From NCBI RefSeq assembly GCF_001194135.2, contig NC_068984.1, forward strand, positions 19,399,770 through 19,463,769: DNA of 64,000 nt. The letters are read 5' to 3'. Both the position numbers and the translations under genes were made by a program. The notes beneath the pieces were generated by a model that was not told the DNA's origin, ran no database searches, and saw only the letters and a list, made by a program, of their open reading frames with translations. Each line of letters begins with the position of its first letter. The stretch's first letter is position 1. Below are positions 40,057 through 51,345 of this stretch, one piece after another. Source of the DNA: Octopus bimaculoides. Its lineage: Eukaryota.

Positions 40057-40129
40057 CTATACATATATGGAAATTTGTGATATATATATATATATGGAAA
40101 TTTGTGGCCAGTTTGTAATTTTCATATGC
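39941..40129. repeat. 40-bp inverted repeat enclosing (AT)n
   Basis: Left arm GCATATGAAAATTACAAGCTGGCCACATATTTCCATATAT. The reverse complement of the right arm differs at 2 positions. Confidence 0.9.
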
Positions 40130-40130
40130 T

Positions 40131-40395
40131 ATTGAAAATTACCTAAATTGAACCTGGCTGGAGAGTAATTTTCTAAAAATATTGAAAATTGCTGAAATAT
40201 GATATGGACGGAGAATAATTTTCATACAGTATTGTAAATTACCGACATATAATATGGACGGAGAATAATTTTCATATAATATTGTAAATTACCAAAATAA
40301 GAAATGGATGGAGAGTAATTTTCATACATTACTGAAAATTACTAAAACAGGATGTGGACAGAGAGCAATTTTTTCATAAATGTTGGAAAAATTAC
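40131..40395. repeat. 50-bp minisatellite, about 5.3 copies
   Basis: ATTG(A/T)AAATT starts at 40131, 40181, 40231, 40281 and 40331, each unit with a TGGA.GGAGA.TAATTTTC core. Confidence 0.9.
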
Positions 40396-42887
40396 CAATG
40401 AAATGTTCCTGTTCTATCACAAATGATGGTACTTTTATCACTTTAGTGGGAAGTATGAAAGAAAATACCCACTTATCACAATAGAGACCCTATGAAAGAG
40501 TTGGACGGAATGTTTTATTCATAAATATATAAGATATTATCACATTCTTATAGGTTTACTTTTAATAAGTATTTGATAAAAGGTTTTAAAGAAATCATAT
40601 ATCTGGAATGATTAGCAAAAGTTGATTATAAAAAATACTGAGTTATAATAATGATTTCTAATATACGTAGATGACCACAAATTTAAGCAAAGAAACAATG
40701 AATTAAGATATTGAGGTATAACTAAATAAACGAAAATGGCAAATATTTCATAAGGTTTTGTAACACAAAATGAAACATAAATCTGACAATATTACAAGTA
40801 ACTTACAATATATACGAGACAATACTATCCAATGGGTCCTTCATATTTAAAAATGGAAAGGAGTGTGTTGAGGGGGATATAGTTGTTATTTCTAGCATGT
40901 TGAGCAATCATGTACAGACTCCCTCAATAGCTCAAATGTAATGTGTGTCTCTGTTTGTGCAACTGACATGCAAAGAGAGGCATCTATCTGTCAATACATA
41001 CACTGCACAAATATGCAGTTTCAAGATAATATGGGAATGTGTAACTAAGAAAGGCAGAATTTATGTGGAATACCATTTACTAGATATCAAGTTGACAACT
41101 CAGAAGATAAACTCACCATAAAAAGGTGAGGTATGATTGTTTAATGCAACATATAAGTAATATCAAGTAAATTAATATGTCAGCAGGGCATCAGTGAAAA
41201 GGTATCATCATTTTGTATTATAAAATCTTATAGAATCCAATATCCCACATGTTAAGAAATCATTGTTTCTGAAAATCTTGCTTTAATACAGAGCTTCGTA
41301 ACACAAAACCCATTTTCCTATAGACTTCCATATTACATGACAATGAACATGGAAGTCAAAGAAAAAGTATATTTTGTATTATGGAACTCCAAGGTAACGC
41401 ATAATCGAGAAGCTATGATAGTAACTCAAAAGGCCAGGATTTCATGCAAATAAACCTGCGAAACTGATAAGCTTGACAAGTGCATTCTTAAGAAACTGTT
41501 GGCTTGTGTATATGTCAAAAAGGTGTCTGATAAATTGGTGTGGTGAACAATAGTGCCTTGTAGCTCTTTATTCTAAGATGGACTTAACTATTCTCATAAA
41601 CAGGGATCAATGCAACAATTACCACAGAATGTGCTAAGATTGATATATTCCTTAAAGGTAGTGCTTCAATAAGGCTGTGGTCCAATGAAACAATACTAGT
41701 AAGAAGTAAAAGAATATCTTGATTCACATAGTAAATCACAAAGATTAAGGAATACTTGTAAAACTGTGCCTTGTTGAAGCCAAAAAAAGAAGTTCCACTT
41801 TTCATTTTTATACAATGTGAATTGTTTTAGGGAAACAACGACAATTTTGAAGCCTTACAAGGGTTATCTCTCCATCATTTAGACTTTTAGCATTTAAAAC
41901 CCAGCCATATCCGACCCAAATATTCTTCCTGTTTTATGTTCAAACAAGCCAGATCTGGCCTCTTACACCTACCCTACAATGTCGTTCCTAAAGTAAGGAG
42001 TCACATCATTGAAATTTGCATTGCATTTGATGGAGTAATCTGAATGCTAAAAGGTTTACACTTGTTCTTCTTATCTCTAAATAATTTCTACTGAAGATCA
42101 CTAATAACCATTTCAATAATTGTGTGAAAACTATGCTATGGATAATATTATGCACCCAAACACACACATTAACATATGTGTGCTTATGTAAAGCCTTCTG
42201 TATAATGGTTTAGTCAGAGACAGAAGTGCAACAGTGCAGTGCTCAATGCCATTTATCAAGGCCTCTGGGACTTGTAGAAGGAATGAAAAAAGTTATTTAC
42301 TGACTGGAATTTTGGTCAACATGCTGGCAATAGAGTGGATTCTTTTGAAGTCAGTCAAAAGCAAGGTGATGTTATCAGATCAAATCAATGATTAAGTTTA
42401 TCACCCATGACTATGCACATGTATACACACAACACATGTATAGCTGTATGCATGTGCAAACAAGATTCTGATTCATGTTTGAGATTGTCCATTTAAAGGA
42501 CAAAACCATACTCAATTCAAAGTGAGATCAAAGAATCAACGTAAGAACTTAATAGTTAGGCATCAATTAAACCACAACTAAACCAAGTGAAAGATTCAGC
42601 CATTATGCCATTAAATAGATTTTGTTAAAGACAGATTGTAAAGAAAGGGTGTTTAAGAAAGCTCTAGAAAAACAGTCTTTGGTTTAAGAAAACTAAATTA
42701 TCATACCTTTGTTATTGCAATAGTACATGTTAGCCTAATTTTTAAAATTATAGATTAAAGTTGGTAATCCAGGATGATCCAACTTAAAAGTTTTTTTTAG
42801 ATTCAGATGAAGGAGTAAATCTAAGCTGTTTCAAAATTTGCAATGGTGAGCTGGCAGAATCGTCGTCGTTGTTGTTGTTGTTGTTGG

Positions 42888-42927
<40 letters not shown>

Positions 42928-42944
42928 ATTATTATTATTATTAT

Positions 42945-43160
42945 AAGGTGGTGAGCTGGCAGAAACATTAGCATGCCGGGCAAAATGCTTAACGGAATTT
43001 TGTCTGTCTTTATATTCTGAGTTCAAATTCCGCCGAGGTTAACTTTGCCTATCATCCTTTTGGGGGTTCGATAGATTAAGTACCAGTTGCATACTGGGGT
43101 CGATCTAATCAACTAGCCCCCTCCGCCAAAATTTCAGGCCTCGTGCCTAGTACAGAAAAG

Positions 43161-43196
<36 letters not shown>

Positions 43197-44150
43197 AAGG
43201 TGGCAAACTGACAGAACCATTATACACCAAGCAAAATACTTAATGGCATTTCATCTGTCCTTACATTCTGAGTTTAAATTCCATCAAGGTCGACCTTGCC
43301 TTTCATCCTCTCGGGGTCAATAGAATAAGTACCAGTGGAGCACAGAGCTCAATGTAATCAACTACCCCCGTCCCACAAACTTCAAGCCTTGTACCTATAG
43401 TAGAAAAGATTATTGACTGGCAAGCTGACAGAATTGTTAGTGCGCTGGGTAAAATGCTAAGCAGCATTTCGTTTGTCTCTGCATTGTGAGTTCAAATTCA
43501 GAAAGTTCCACTTTGCCTTTCATCCTTTTGGGGTTGATAATATAAGTACCAGTTGAGTACTGAGGTCAATGTAATCAACTTATCCCCTCCCCCAAACTTG
43601 CTAGCCTTGTGCCAAATTTTGAAACCATTATTATTATTATTGTTGTTGTTGTTTTATTCATATACACTCAACAGATTAAACTGTTGGAAAAGAAAAGAAT
43701 ACTAACATCGGGCTACAACAAGTTGCCATAGATGTCAAGAACCCTCCTATTGGGTTACAGCAAGTAACCTTAGATGCCAAGAACCCTCCTAAGTATCCTA
43801 GCTGTCCCTAATAACACTGTTTTCTGGAGTGGTACAAATTAGGTTTTATGCCTATTTCCTCTATACATCTGTTTAGATCTTTAGGGATAATTCTCAATGC
43901 ATTTATAACTACTGGGATTATTATTATTATTGTTGTTGTTGTTGTTAATAAAGCAAGCTGGCAGAATCATTACCGTGCCAAACAAAATGCTTGGCAGCAT
44001 TTCATTGGTCTTTATGTTCTGAGTTAAAATCCCACTGAAGTTGAATTTGCCTTTCACCCTTTCAGAGTGGATGAAAAAAGTGGCAGTTGAGCACTGTAAT
44101 TAGCTATCCCCTCCCAACAAAATTTCAGGTCTCGTGCATTTAGCAGAAAG
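42945..44150 (+). mobile_element. Cluster of four head-to-tail tRNA-headed SINEs (family D) with (ATT)n tails, containing a LINE fragment
   Basis: Repeated unit GGTGGTGAGCTGGCAGAA...GAGTTCAAATTCC...CTTTGCCTTTCATCC...GAAAGGATTATT at about 42945, 43197, 43415 and 43950. Dispersed copies near 1465, 1905, 11175, 18840, 30130, 44520 and 56545. Confidence 0.85.
43661..43912 (-). mobile_element. 5'-truncated copy of the 50 kb R4/Dong-like LINE family
   Basis: Colinear with 50091-50300 (with a small internal duplication) and flanked by (TTA)n/(TTG)n on both sides. Confidence 0.8.
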
Positions 44151-44889
44151 GAACAGTGAACAGGTCGTGGTCTCAAAGTGACGAAAATATTTTGGCAAAT
44201 TAAATTTAAATGTTGAAGTGAATCTAACGGTTTTTGTGTGTTTCTTAAATGGCTTATAAACACCTTCCACGCTGCAATTGTTTTTGTTCCAGCACACAAT
44301 CTCAGATCAGGTCGCTTGCTATGCAAGTATATCTCCGTAATGATTATTATTATTATTATTATTAATGATTATTAATGACAATTATTTATCAATAATTTCT
44401 TACATGGTCTCAAGGCTAACAAACATATCGAGAGGACACAACTGATTAAATCAATCACAGTATATAACTAGTATATATTATATCGGTCCTGAAAGGATGA
44501 ACATCAAAGTTACCATAATAATCTTTTTTACTATAGTCACAAGGCCTGAAATTTAGGGGAAGGGGGCGGGCAGTCAATTAGATTGACTCCAGTACACAAC
44601 TGGTACTTTATTTATCAACTCCAAAAGGATGAAAGGCAAAGTTGACCTTGGCAGAATTTGAACTCATTTTGCACTTATTTTGCAGGAGAATATAGATAAT
44701 GAGATTAACTACAATATATGACTGGTGTATATTCTATCAACCCTGAAGGCATGAAAGGCAAAGCTGACTTTAGCAGGATATCAACTTGATGTTAAATTTC
44801 AAGGAGTATAAAGGGACATAACCAAACAAACATTTAAACAATAATAAATGACTCTATATATGCACATATATATACATATAGATATGCAC

Positions 44890-44955
<66 letters not shown>

Positions 44956-45209
44956 TAGAAAAAAATTAGGATACAAAATATATTGATTTGAACAGATGTG
45001 AAAAGGTACAGATAAATTTCCAAATGTATCAATGTTCAAACTGAAACTAATTTTTGTTATTGAAAGAATACTGTTCTTGAAGTTGAAGCAATATAAAGTT
45101 CTTTAATACTGATTAAGTTTTCTTGTCAAGTGTTTGTTTTAATTGCTGCATTATATTTTATGCTCTAACATTATAATATAGTATTCTATTAGTTATTATG
45201 CTATAATAT

Positions 45210-45215
45210 TTTATT
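45210..45215 (-). other. Possible polyadenylation signal AATAAA
   Basis: AATAAA on the minus strand about 30 nt after the stop. The region is very AT-rich, so chance occurrence is likely. Confidence 0.2.
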
Positions 45216-45244
45216 ATAGTATAATGTAATATTATAATATAGCT

Positions 45245-47101
45245 TTACTTCAGTATTTCTTCTTTAAGTGTTTGTTTCATTTTTTCAGCAATTCTTTTAA
45301 GTTGGCGAGATTTTCTAGTCACTTTCTCAATAGCCTCATCAAGGTGGTACCTGTCCATTACAAGAGATCGTTGATCACGTCTTCGAGAAGAAAATTCATG
45401 CTGATGTCTTGGGTGACGAGCTGCAAGGTCTAAATCATCATAAGAATGCCTGGATGACCTTCTGGATTGTCTTTGAGGAAAGCCATGTGGTGTATCTGAA
45501 ACCTGTTCGTTTTGGTTTGGTAGGAACTGATGTGGGGAGGAATTTGCAGAGGAAACATAAGGATTGGCGATATAAGGTGGTGGATTTGTAGGTAGTACTG
45601 GGTTCTGAGACTGAGTGGAATTTTGGGAAATGAATTGTGGTAAATTGTTTGAAAAGCCAGAATCAGTCACTGGTTCAGAAGCAACATTTCTATTAAGGGG
45701 GACTGTTGGACGGTGCATGGTTGAAAATCCCAAAGCGGTACCATTCTGCTGCTGCTGCTGATTAGAATGGAATCTTCGTAAATGTGGCTCAGGAAGTTGG
45801 TAGCTGCGCAGTCTTTCAATACGTTGACTGATATTGTTTAAATCTTGTTGAGTAACCTTCTTTCTTGAAAATACTGGCCTTGAATTTTGTGTTACAGAAT
45901 TGAAAGACGTTTGTGGTCTTTGAGGAATCAAATACATTGGTTTAGGTGGCACAAAATTAGTGTTATTTCTATACTGTGGCGAGACAAAATTTGAATTACT
46001 TTGATTACCATTTGCTTCAGAAGTCTCCGATGAGTTGCCAGGATGCTGTGCAGTGTTATTCAATTGAATCAGTTGAGGAGATGAAACTTCATCATTCTGT
46101 TTTGATTCTGGTGATAAAAGACTGTTATTTGATACAAATTTCACATCATTCAGAATATCTTTAAGTTTTTCATGTCTAACAAAACTGACAGAGTTATCCT
46201 CACTAAAAGAAGTTTGAGTTCCTTGGTCGGTATATGTTTGGGTACTTGCATCACAAGTAAAATCTGATTGCTTAATAACACGGACATCTTTAAGGATTTC
46301 CTTGAGCATGGTACCATTTAGAGTTGAAGAAGGAGAATAAACACTGTCAGACATTGTTGAGTTTTGGTCGATTCCTTTGTCTGTCTTTAGGCTTTTTACT
46401 TCAAACAGTATGTTTCTTAACAGATCGCTTTTTGAGCCACTCAAAGATTTTGTTTGTGCCGAAATAGAATGTAAGGAAGTATTAGAGGTTTGCATTGCTC
46501 TGCTACGTAACAGTCTTGTTTGGGTTTGGACATCATTAATGGGTAGACTACTGTTTAAAGAACTAAAGGAGTGAGCAAAAGACTCGTTAATTCCGAAATT
46601 TTTTGGAGTCTGTGTTCTAGCATTGCAATGAGTCTGAGAGCTGGTACTCCTCATCCAGCCATCAGTAGATTCATTGATATGATTACTCATAAATGAGATA
46701 CTGTCATCAGAATGGCTACTGTACAAAGTTCTGGTGGAATGAAAACCTTCGAAATCAGCATCATTATCTAGAGTAACATCAAAACTAGATGCCTGCATGG
46801 TGTTTGTTTCCCCATACCCAGACTCCTCACTTTCGGATTCAAGCAGCACATTTCTACACTTTAAAGATGAATGTGGGCTGAATGTATCTAAACCATACCT
46901 CCGTTTTGAGTGTTCGCTATCTCTTGATGAAGATGGTCTTTGCTGGTAATCAGTGAAGGAAGCACCATTCGCAGAGGGAAATTTTGATGCAAATGGATCA
47001 GTATCAGAATCGTCTTCTGAGTCGGAGGTGAGCCGAGCCCTTCTACCAGGATAGCGGGCAGATGGTTCTGAAGTTTGAGTGGAGTCACACCGCTTGGTTG
47101 G
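45245..47101 (-). CDS. Large terminal coding exon (618 aa + stop) of a disordered Ser/Thr/Gln-rich protein with C-terminal coiled coil, possibly AKNA-like
   Basis: The frame of ORF 45245..46849 stays open 84 codons further upstream to a polypyrimidine acceptor ctctatctaccctccacag|CCA at 47101 (phase 0). TAA at 45247-45245. The C-terminus resembles my recollection of the AKNA C-terminal helix. Confidence 0.85.
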   Translation of the reverse strand, partial: PTKRCDSTQTSEPSARYPGRRARLTSDSEDDSDTDPFASKFPSANGASFTDYQQRPSSSRDSEHSKRRYGLDTFSPHSSLKCRNVLLESESEESGYGETNTMQASSFDVTLDNDADFEGFHSTRTLYSSHSDDSISFMSNHINESTDGWMRSTSSQTHCNARTQTPKNFGINESFAHSFSSLNSSLPINDVQTQTRLLRSRAMQTSNTSLHSISAQTKSLSGSKSDLLRNILFEVKSLKTDKGIDQNSTMSDSVYSPSSTLNGTMLKEILKDVRVIKQSDFTCDASTQTYTDQGTQTSFSEDNSVSFVRHEKLKDILNDVKFVSNNSLLSPESKQNDEVSSPQLIQLNNTAQHPGNSSETSEANGNQSNSNFVSPQYRNNTNFVPPKPMYLIPQRPQTSFNSVTQNSRPVFSRKKVTQQDLNNISQRIERLRSYQLPEPHLRRFHSNQQQQQNGTALGFSTMHRPTVPLNRNVASEPVTDSGFSNNLPQFISQNSTQSQNPVLPTNPPPYIANPYVSSANSSPHQFLPNQNEQVSDTPHGFPQRQSRRSSRHSYDDLDLAARHPRHQHEFSSRRRDQRSLVMDRYHLDEAIEKVTRKSRQLKRIAEKMKQTLKEEILK

Positions 47102-49900
47102 CTGTGGAGGGTAGATAGAGTGATGAAGTAATAACCATTGGACTCTGAATTTTACTTACTCTATATACAGGACAGAACATGAATCTACTGATATCAACTC
47201 AGCTGTGACTATTTCATAACAATAACACTAACTCAGGTTTTAGACTGCATCACATAATTATGAAGATTTAAAATACATTTGGTGAATATAGTTTAAATAT
47301 TCTTACAGTGTGAAATTTAGAAATAAAAAAAAAATGTCATTTTAACTATCAGTCTTATCATGAAGGTTAGTTTTTATTTTGGCTGAAAAAAAAATTTTGA
47401 AATCTGTTGTTTAAAGAAAATTATTAGTTTAAATATATAATTGGAGTCAGACAACATTTAGCACCTCTACTAAAAATTAGAAAATTATACAAATTTTATT
47501 CCTGCTTTCACTTCTACCAACATCTTATTTACCATTATTCTCTTTACATCATCATCACCACCATTATCATCATCATCACCATATATAATCTTCCTGCTTA
47601 CCCCCAACAAACCCCATTTTCAACAGTAAATGAACTGTTGAACAAAACTGCGTTAAGGTAGCTGCTGCACCACAAACCCCACCACCACCACCTCATTACA
47701 AGCATCGTTACAATTGTCATTATTATCAAAATTAGCATAATTATCAAAAAGAGGAGCGAGGAATATTGAAAAACAACATAATGACAAGAATCATCATCAT
47801 TATCATGAACAAAACCATTACAACCATTATCATCTTCAACTCTCATAGTTATGTACTGGGGCACAATGCAGTCCTCTGACACTGAATTCTACTGAATCAT
47901 CTAAGCTATGTTAGCATAGAAGACAGATATTAAATGATGATGATGATATCTATATCTATATACATACATATATATACAAACACACATACATATCTCTGTG
48001 TGTCTGTCTATCGGTTGTTTATATTCCAACATTTTACCATGGCATTAATTTTCTGTCTAATTTTAAATCACGTTCACAATTTTTTTTGTTTTTTGTTTTT
48101 GCGTGCTGTTTTAATTACCATTTTCCCAATAGAGCTTCTTGATGAAGGCAACAGCCATTTCCTCTGTCCCTAGTTCACAATTATATTTCATCGAAACTGA
48201 TAGGAACTGTATTTCTGTGTTCTATCTACTTTTCACAAGAGTTGCACTTCATTGATCAATAATTAAAATATTAAATCTAGTTTATAGTAGTTACCAACTC
48301 AATAAATTGCTAGAATACTGAGCAAAGAGACAATAGTTCAAATTCTCTTATCAGCACAATACTCAATGCTTCAAAAAAATAAATAAAAATATCCAAACAG
48401 GTACCAAATTTGTTAACTTGCACAGTTCAGCTAGAATTCACAGATAATCTACACTTATTTTGTCTGCTACTACAACAACGGTATCTGCTATTGAGGAGTT
48501 ACAAACTTTATACCACCCAATGAGTATACTTCTGTTTCTTTTATCAGCCCTACAGGTCCTGCAGTAACCATTTTACCATAACTTGCCTGGTTGTTAGTAG
48601 AGTCTCATGGCAACAGATCAAAGAGTGCCATTGTAATGTGAAAGGCCAGAGATCTAGCAGACTACAAAGTGCACAATGACTCACAAAGATAACAGGTAAT
48701 TTCTTCAGAGTGTTTAAAGAAGTTCTGCTTTTATTGCCAATATAGATGCAATATTTACTTGGCATTTGTTTTTTAATGATCTGGTCTAGAGGAAAGAGCA
48801 ATCAATGCTTATAACCTTTACATGAGATGAGAGACAGATGAAGCTCAAAGTCAGAGAGTTCTCAAATTAAATATAGCCAAATGTTTTGATATGAAGGGCA
48901 ACAACACTGCTTTCACTTAAGCTATGGAAGTTAAAAAACCAACAATGTGTGACACAGCAGAATAAATCACCAGAAGAAATAACTAGTGGTTACTGAGTGA
49001 AGAAGGAAGGTTGAAGATGGCAGTTATTTAACACCATTTCCAATGTTATTCAGGAAGAACACACTGTTATGTGTTTTGAAAAGTAGAACCATATTCCTGT
49101 AGAGAGTGAAAGACTGAAGCGTTTGGTGAGGATAAAAGCAATCATTGGAGCAATGTAGCAGAAACTGAATGTCAGACTATTAACTCAATGGTTCCAAACG
49201 TTTCACAAAAGAATTAACCATATTAATTGTTACTGAAACACAATGATTTAGATTATGGTTCTAGACCATTGATCATAAAATTAATGTATTATAAAGTTTT
49301 CATTTTAATAGGTGATTTTTGCTGCTGAAACATAGAATACACAATTGGCATCAGTTACAAGCTGTCAGGATATCATATCTGTCAAAAACACCATGTTTCC
49401 CACAATCCACTAACACTAATTCTCTTGACCTATCTAGACACTCTTTTACTTTTTATGGCTTTTTCACAGACCACTTCTTTATCTTTCTTGTGTTTTGTTC
49501 TGTATGCATTGCATGTATCTTTGGCTATCTAACCCATCTTTGTTTACTTATTTTACTATTGTTTTCTGTCTCCTCTTGTATCTTGTTCTAATGACTTTTT
49601 ATACATCTGAGCACCATATACAATTAACTCCTTACTTAAACATTTCTACTAACATCACTTTAATTAAATATATTATTATTGTTATGATTATTGATATTAT
49701 CATTATCTTTATTGTTATTTTGGTTTGGATCAGGTTCAGTCTTATTCCTGGTAGCAATTATGTGGATAATGGGTTACTATCTGTAACTTTAGGTATCCAC
49801 AAGTTTTCAGCAGTCTTTCAAGTGTTTAAAACCCACCTATATTATTATTATTATTATCATCATTATTATTATTATTATTATCATTAATATTATTATTTTC

Positions 49901-50016
49901 ATATACACACAACAGATCAGACTGTTGGAAAAGAAAAAAACTTTAACACTGGGCTACAACAAGAAACCTTAGATGCCAAGAACCCTCCTAAGTATCCTAG
50001 CTGTCCCTAATAACAC

Positions 50017-50020
<4 letters not shown>
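49901..50020 (-). mobile_element. Extra short 3'-end copy of the same R4/Dong-like LINE within (TTA)n
   Basis: Matches 50091-50215 and is bounded by (TTA)n on both sides. Confidence 0.75.
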
Positions 50021-50070
<50 letters not shown>

Positions 50071-50090
50071 CATTATTATTATTATTATTA

Positions 50091-51345
50091 TACACTCAAC
50101 AGATTAGACTGTTGGAAAAGAAAAGAATCCTAACATCGGGCGATAACAAGTTAGTTGCCTTAGATGCCAAGAACCCTCCTAAGTATCTTAGCTGTCCTTA
50201 ATAACACTGTTTTCTGGAGCTGTACTAAACTGGGTTTTATGCCTATTTCCTCTATCCATCTGTTCAGATCTTTAGGAATAGTTCCCAATGCACCTATAAC
50301 TACCTATAACATTTTACCCACACTTTCCATAGTGTGTCATTCAGCAGCTAGGTCCTGGTACTTTGCTATTTTTTCTATACCGCTCATATCAATTTTCTCA
50401 TCATTTGTGAATGTAAAGTCAATTATCTGGCACTTTCTATTCTCTTTATCTACTACTATCAAATCAGGCCTTCTAGCTTCTATTACTCTGTCAGTCTGAA
50501 TGTTAAAGTTCCACAACATCTTGTACTTCTTATATTCTAGTACTTCACTAGGTTCATGTTCTTACCATTTATCAGTATGTTCAAATCTTAGCTTTCTACA
50601 TTGCTCCCAGTGAATTGCTCTCCCTATATTGTCATGTCTTTTCTTGTATTCTTTCTGTGCCAGCATGCTACATTCACTTACTGTATGAGTAACGCTTTCC
50701 TCTTTTGATTTTCATAATCTACATTGGGAATCTACTTGGTTTTTGTCTATCTTGGCTTTTATCCTATTAGTCTTTAATGCTTGATCTTATGCAGCTACTA
50801 AGAAACTTTCTGTCTCCCTCTTAATGGGAATCTACTTGGTTTTTATCTATCTTGGCTTTTATCCAATTATCCTTAATGCTTGATCTTATGCAGCTACTAA
50901 GAAACTTTCTGTCTCCCTCTTCATTTTTTCCTTTCTGCAGCCATAACCATGTCTCACTACTACTATTTGCTGAAACTGNNNNNNNNNNNNNNNNNNNNNN
51001 NNNNNNNNNNNNNNNNNNNNNNNNNNNNNNNNNNNNNNNNNNNNNNNNNNNNNNNNNNNNNNNNNNNNNNNNNNNNNNNNNNNNNNNNNNNNNNNNNNNN
51101 NNNNNNNNNNNNNNNNNNNNNNNNNNNNNNNNNNNNNNNNNNNNNNNNNNNNNNNNNNNNNNNNNNNNNNNNNNNNNNNNNNNNNNNNNNNNNNNNNTTT
51201 TCCTTTCTGCAGCCATAACCATGTCTCACTACTACTATTTGCTGAAACTGTCTTTGGAAATCTACCATGCAATGCCTTCTGCCAGTCAGATAATTTCTGT
51301 TATTTTTTCTGATTTTTAAGTTCATTTGGTGTTTTGGTTTCCCTA
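50091..51345 (-). mobile_element. R4/Dong-like LINE 3' fragment (zinc knuckle + RLE), decayed
   Basis: MHGRF...TWLWLQKGKMKRETESFLVAA, a CRL.KSKEESVTH..SEC CCHC remnant and LWNFNIQTDRVIEARRPDLIVVD...KIAKYQDL. (TAA)n tail. Stops, frameshifts and a gap are present. Confidence 0.85.

Noticed and set aside
48601-48615. RFX X-box-like site GTCTCATGGCAAC near the putative centrosomal gene
   Set aside because: Only one half-site matches, and it lies in an intron far from any known TSS.
50918-51250. Direct repeat flanking the 50979-51197 gap (also at 59432-59441)
   Set aside because: Identical sequence on both sides of an N run indicates overlapping contig ends, i.e. an assembly artefact.
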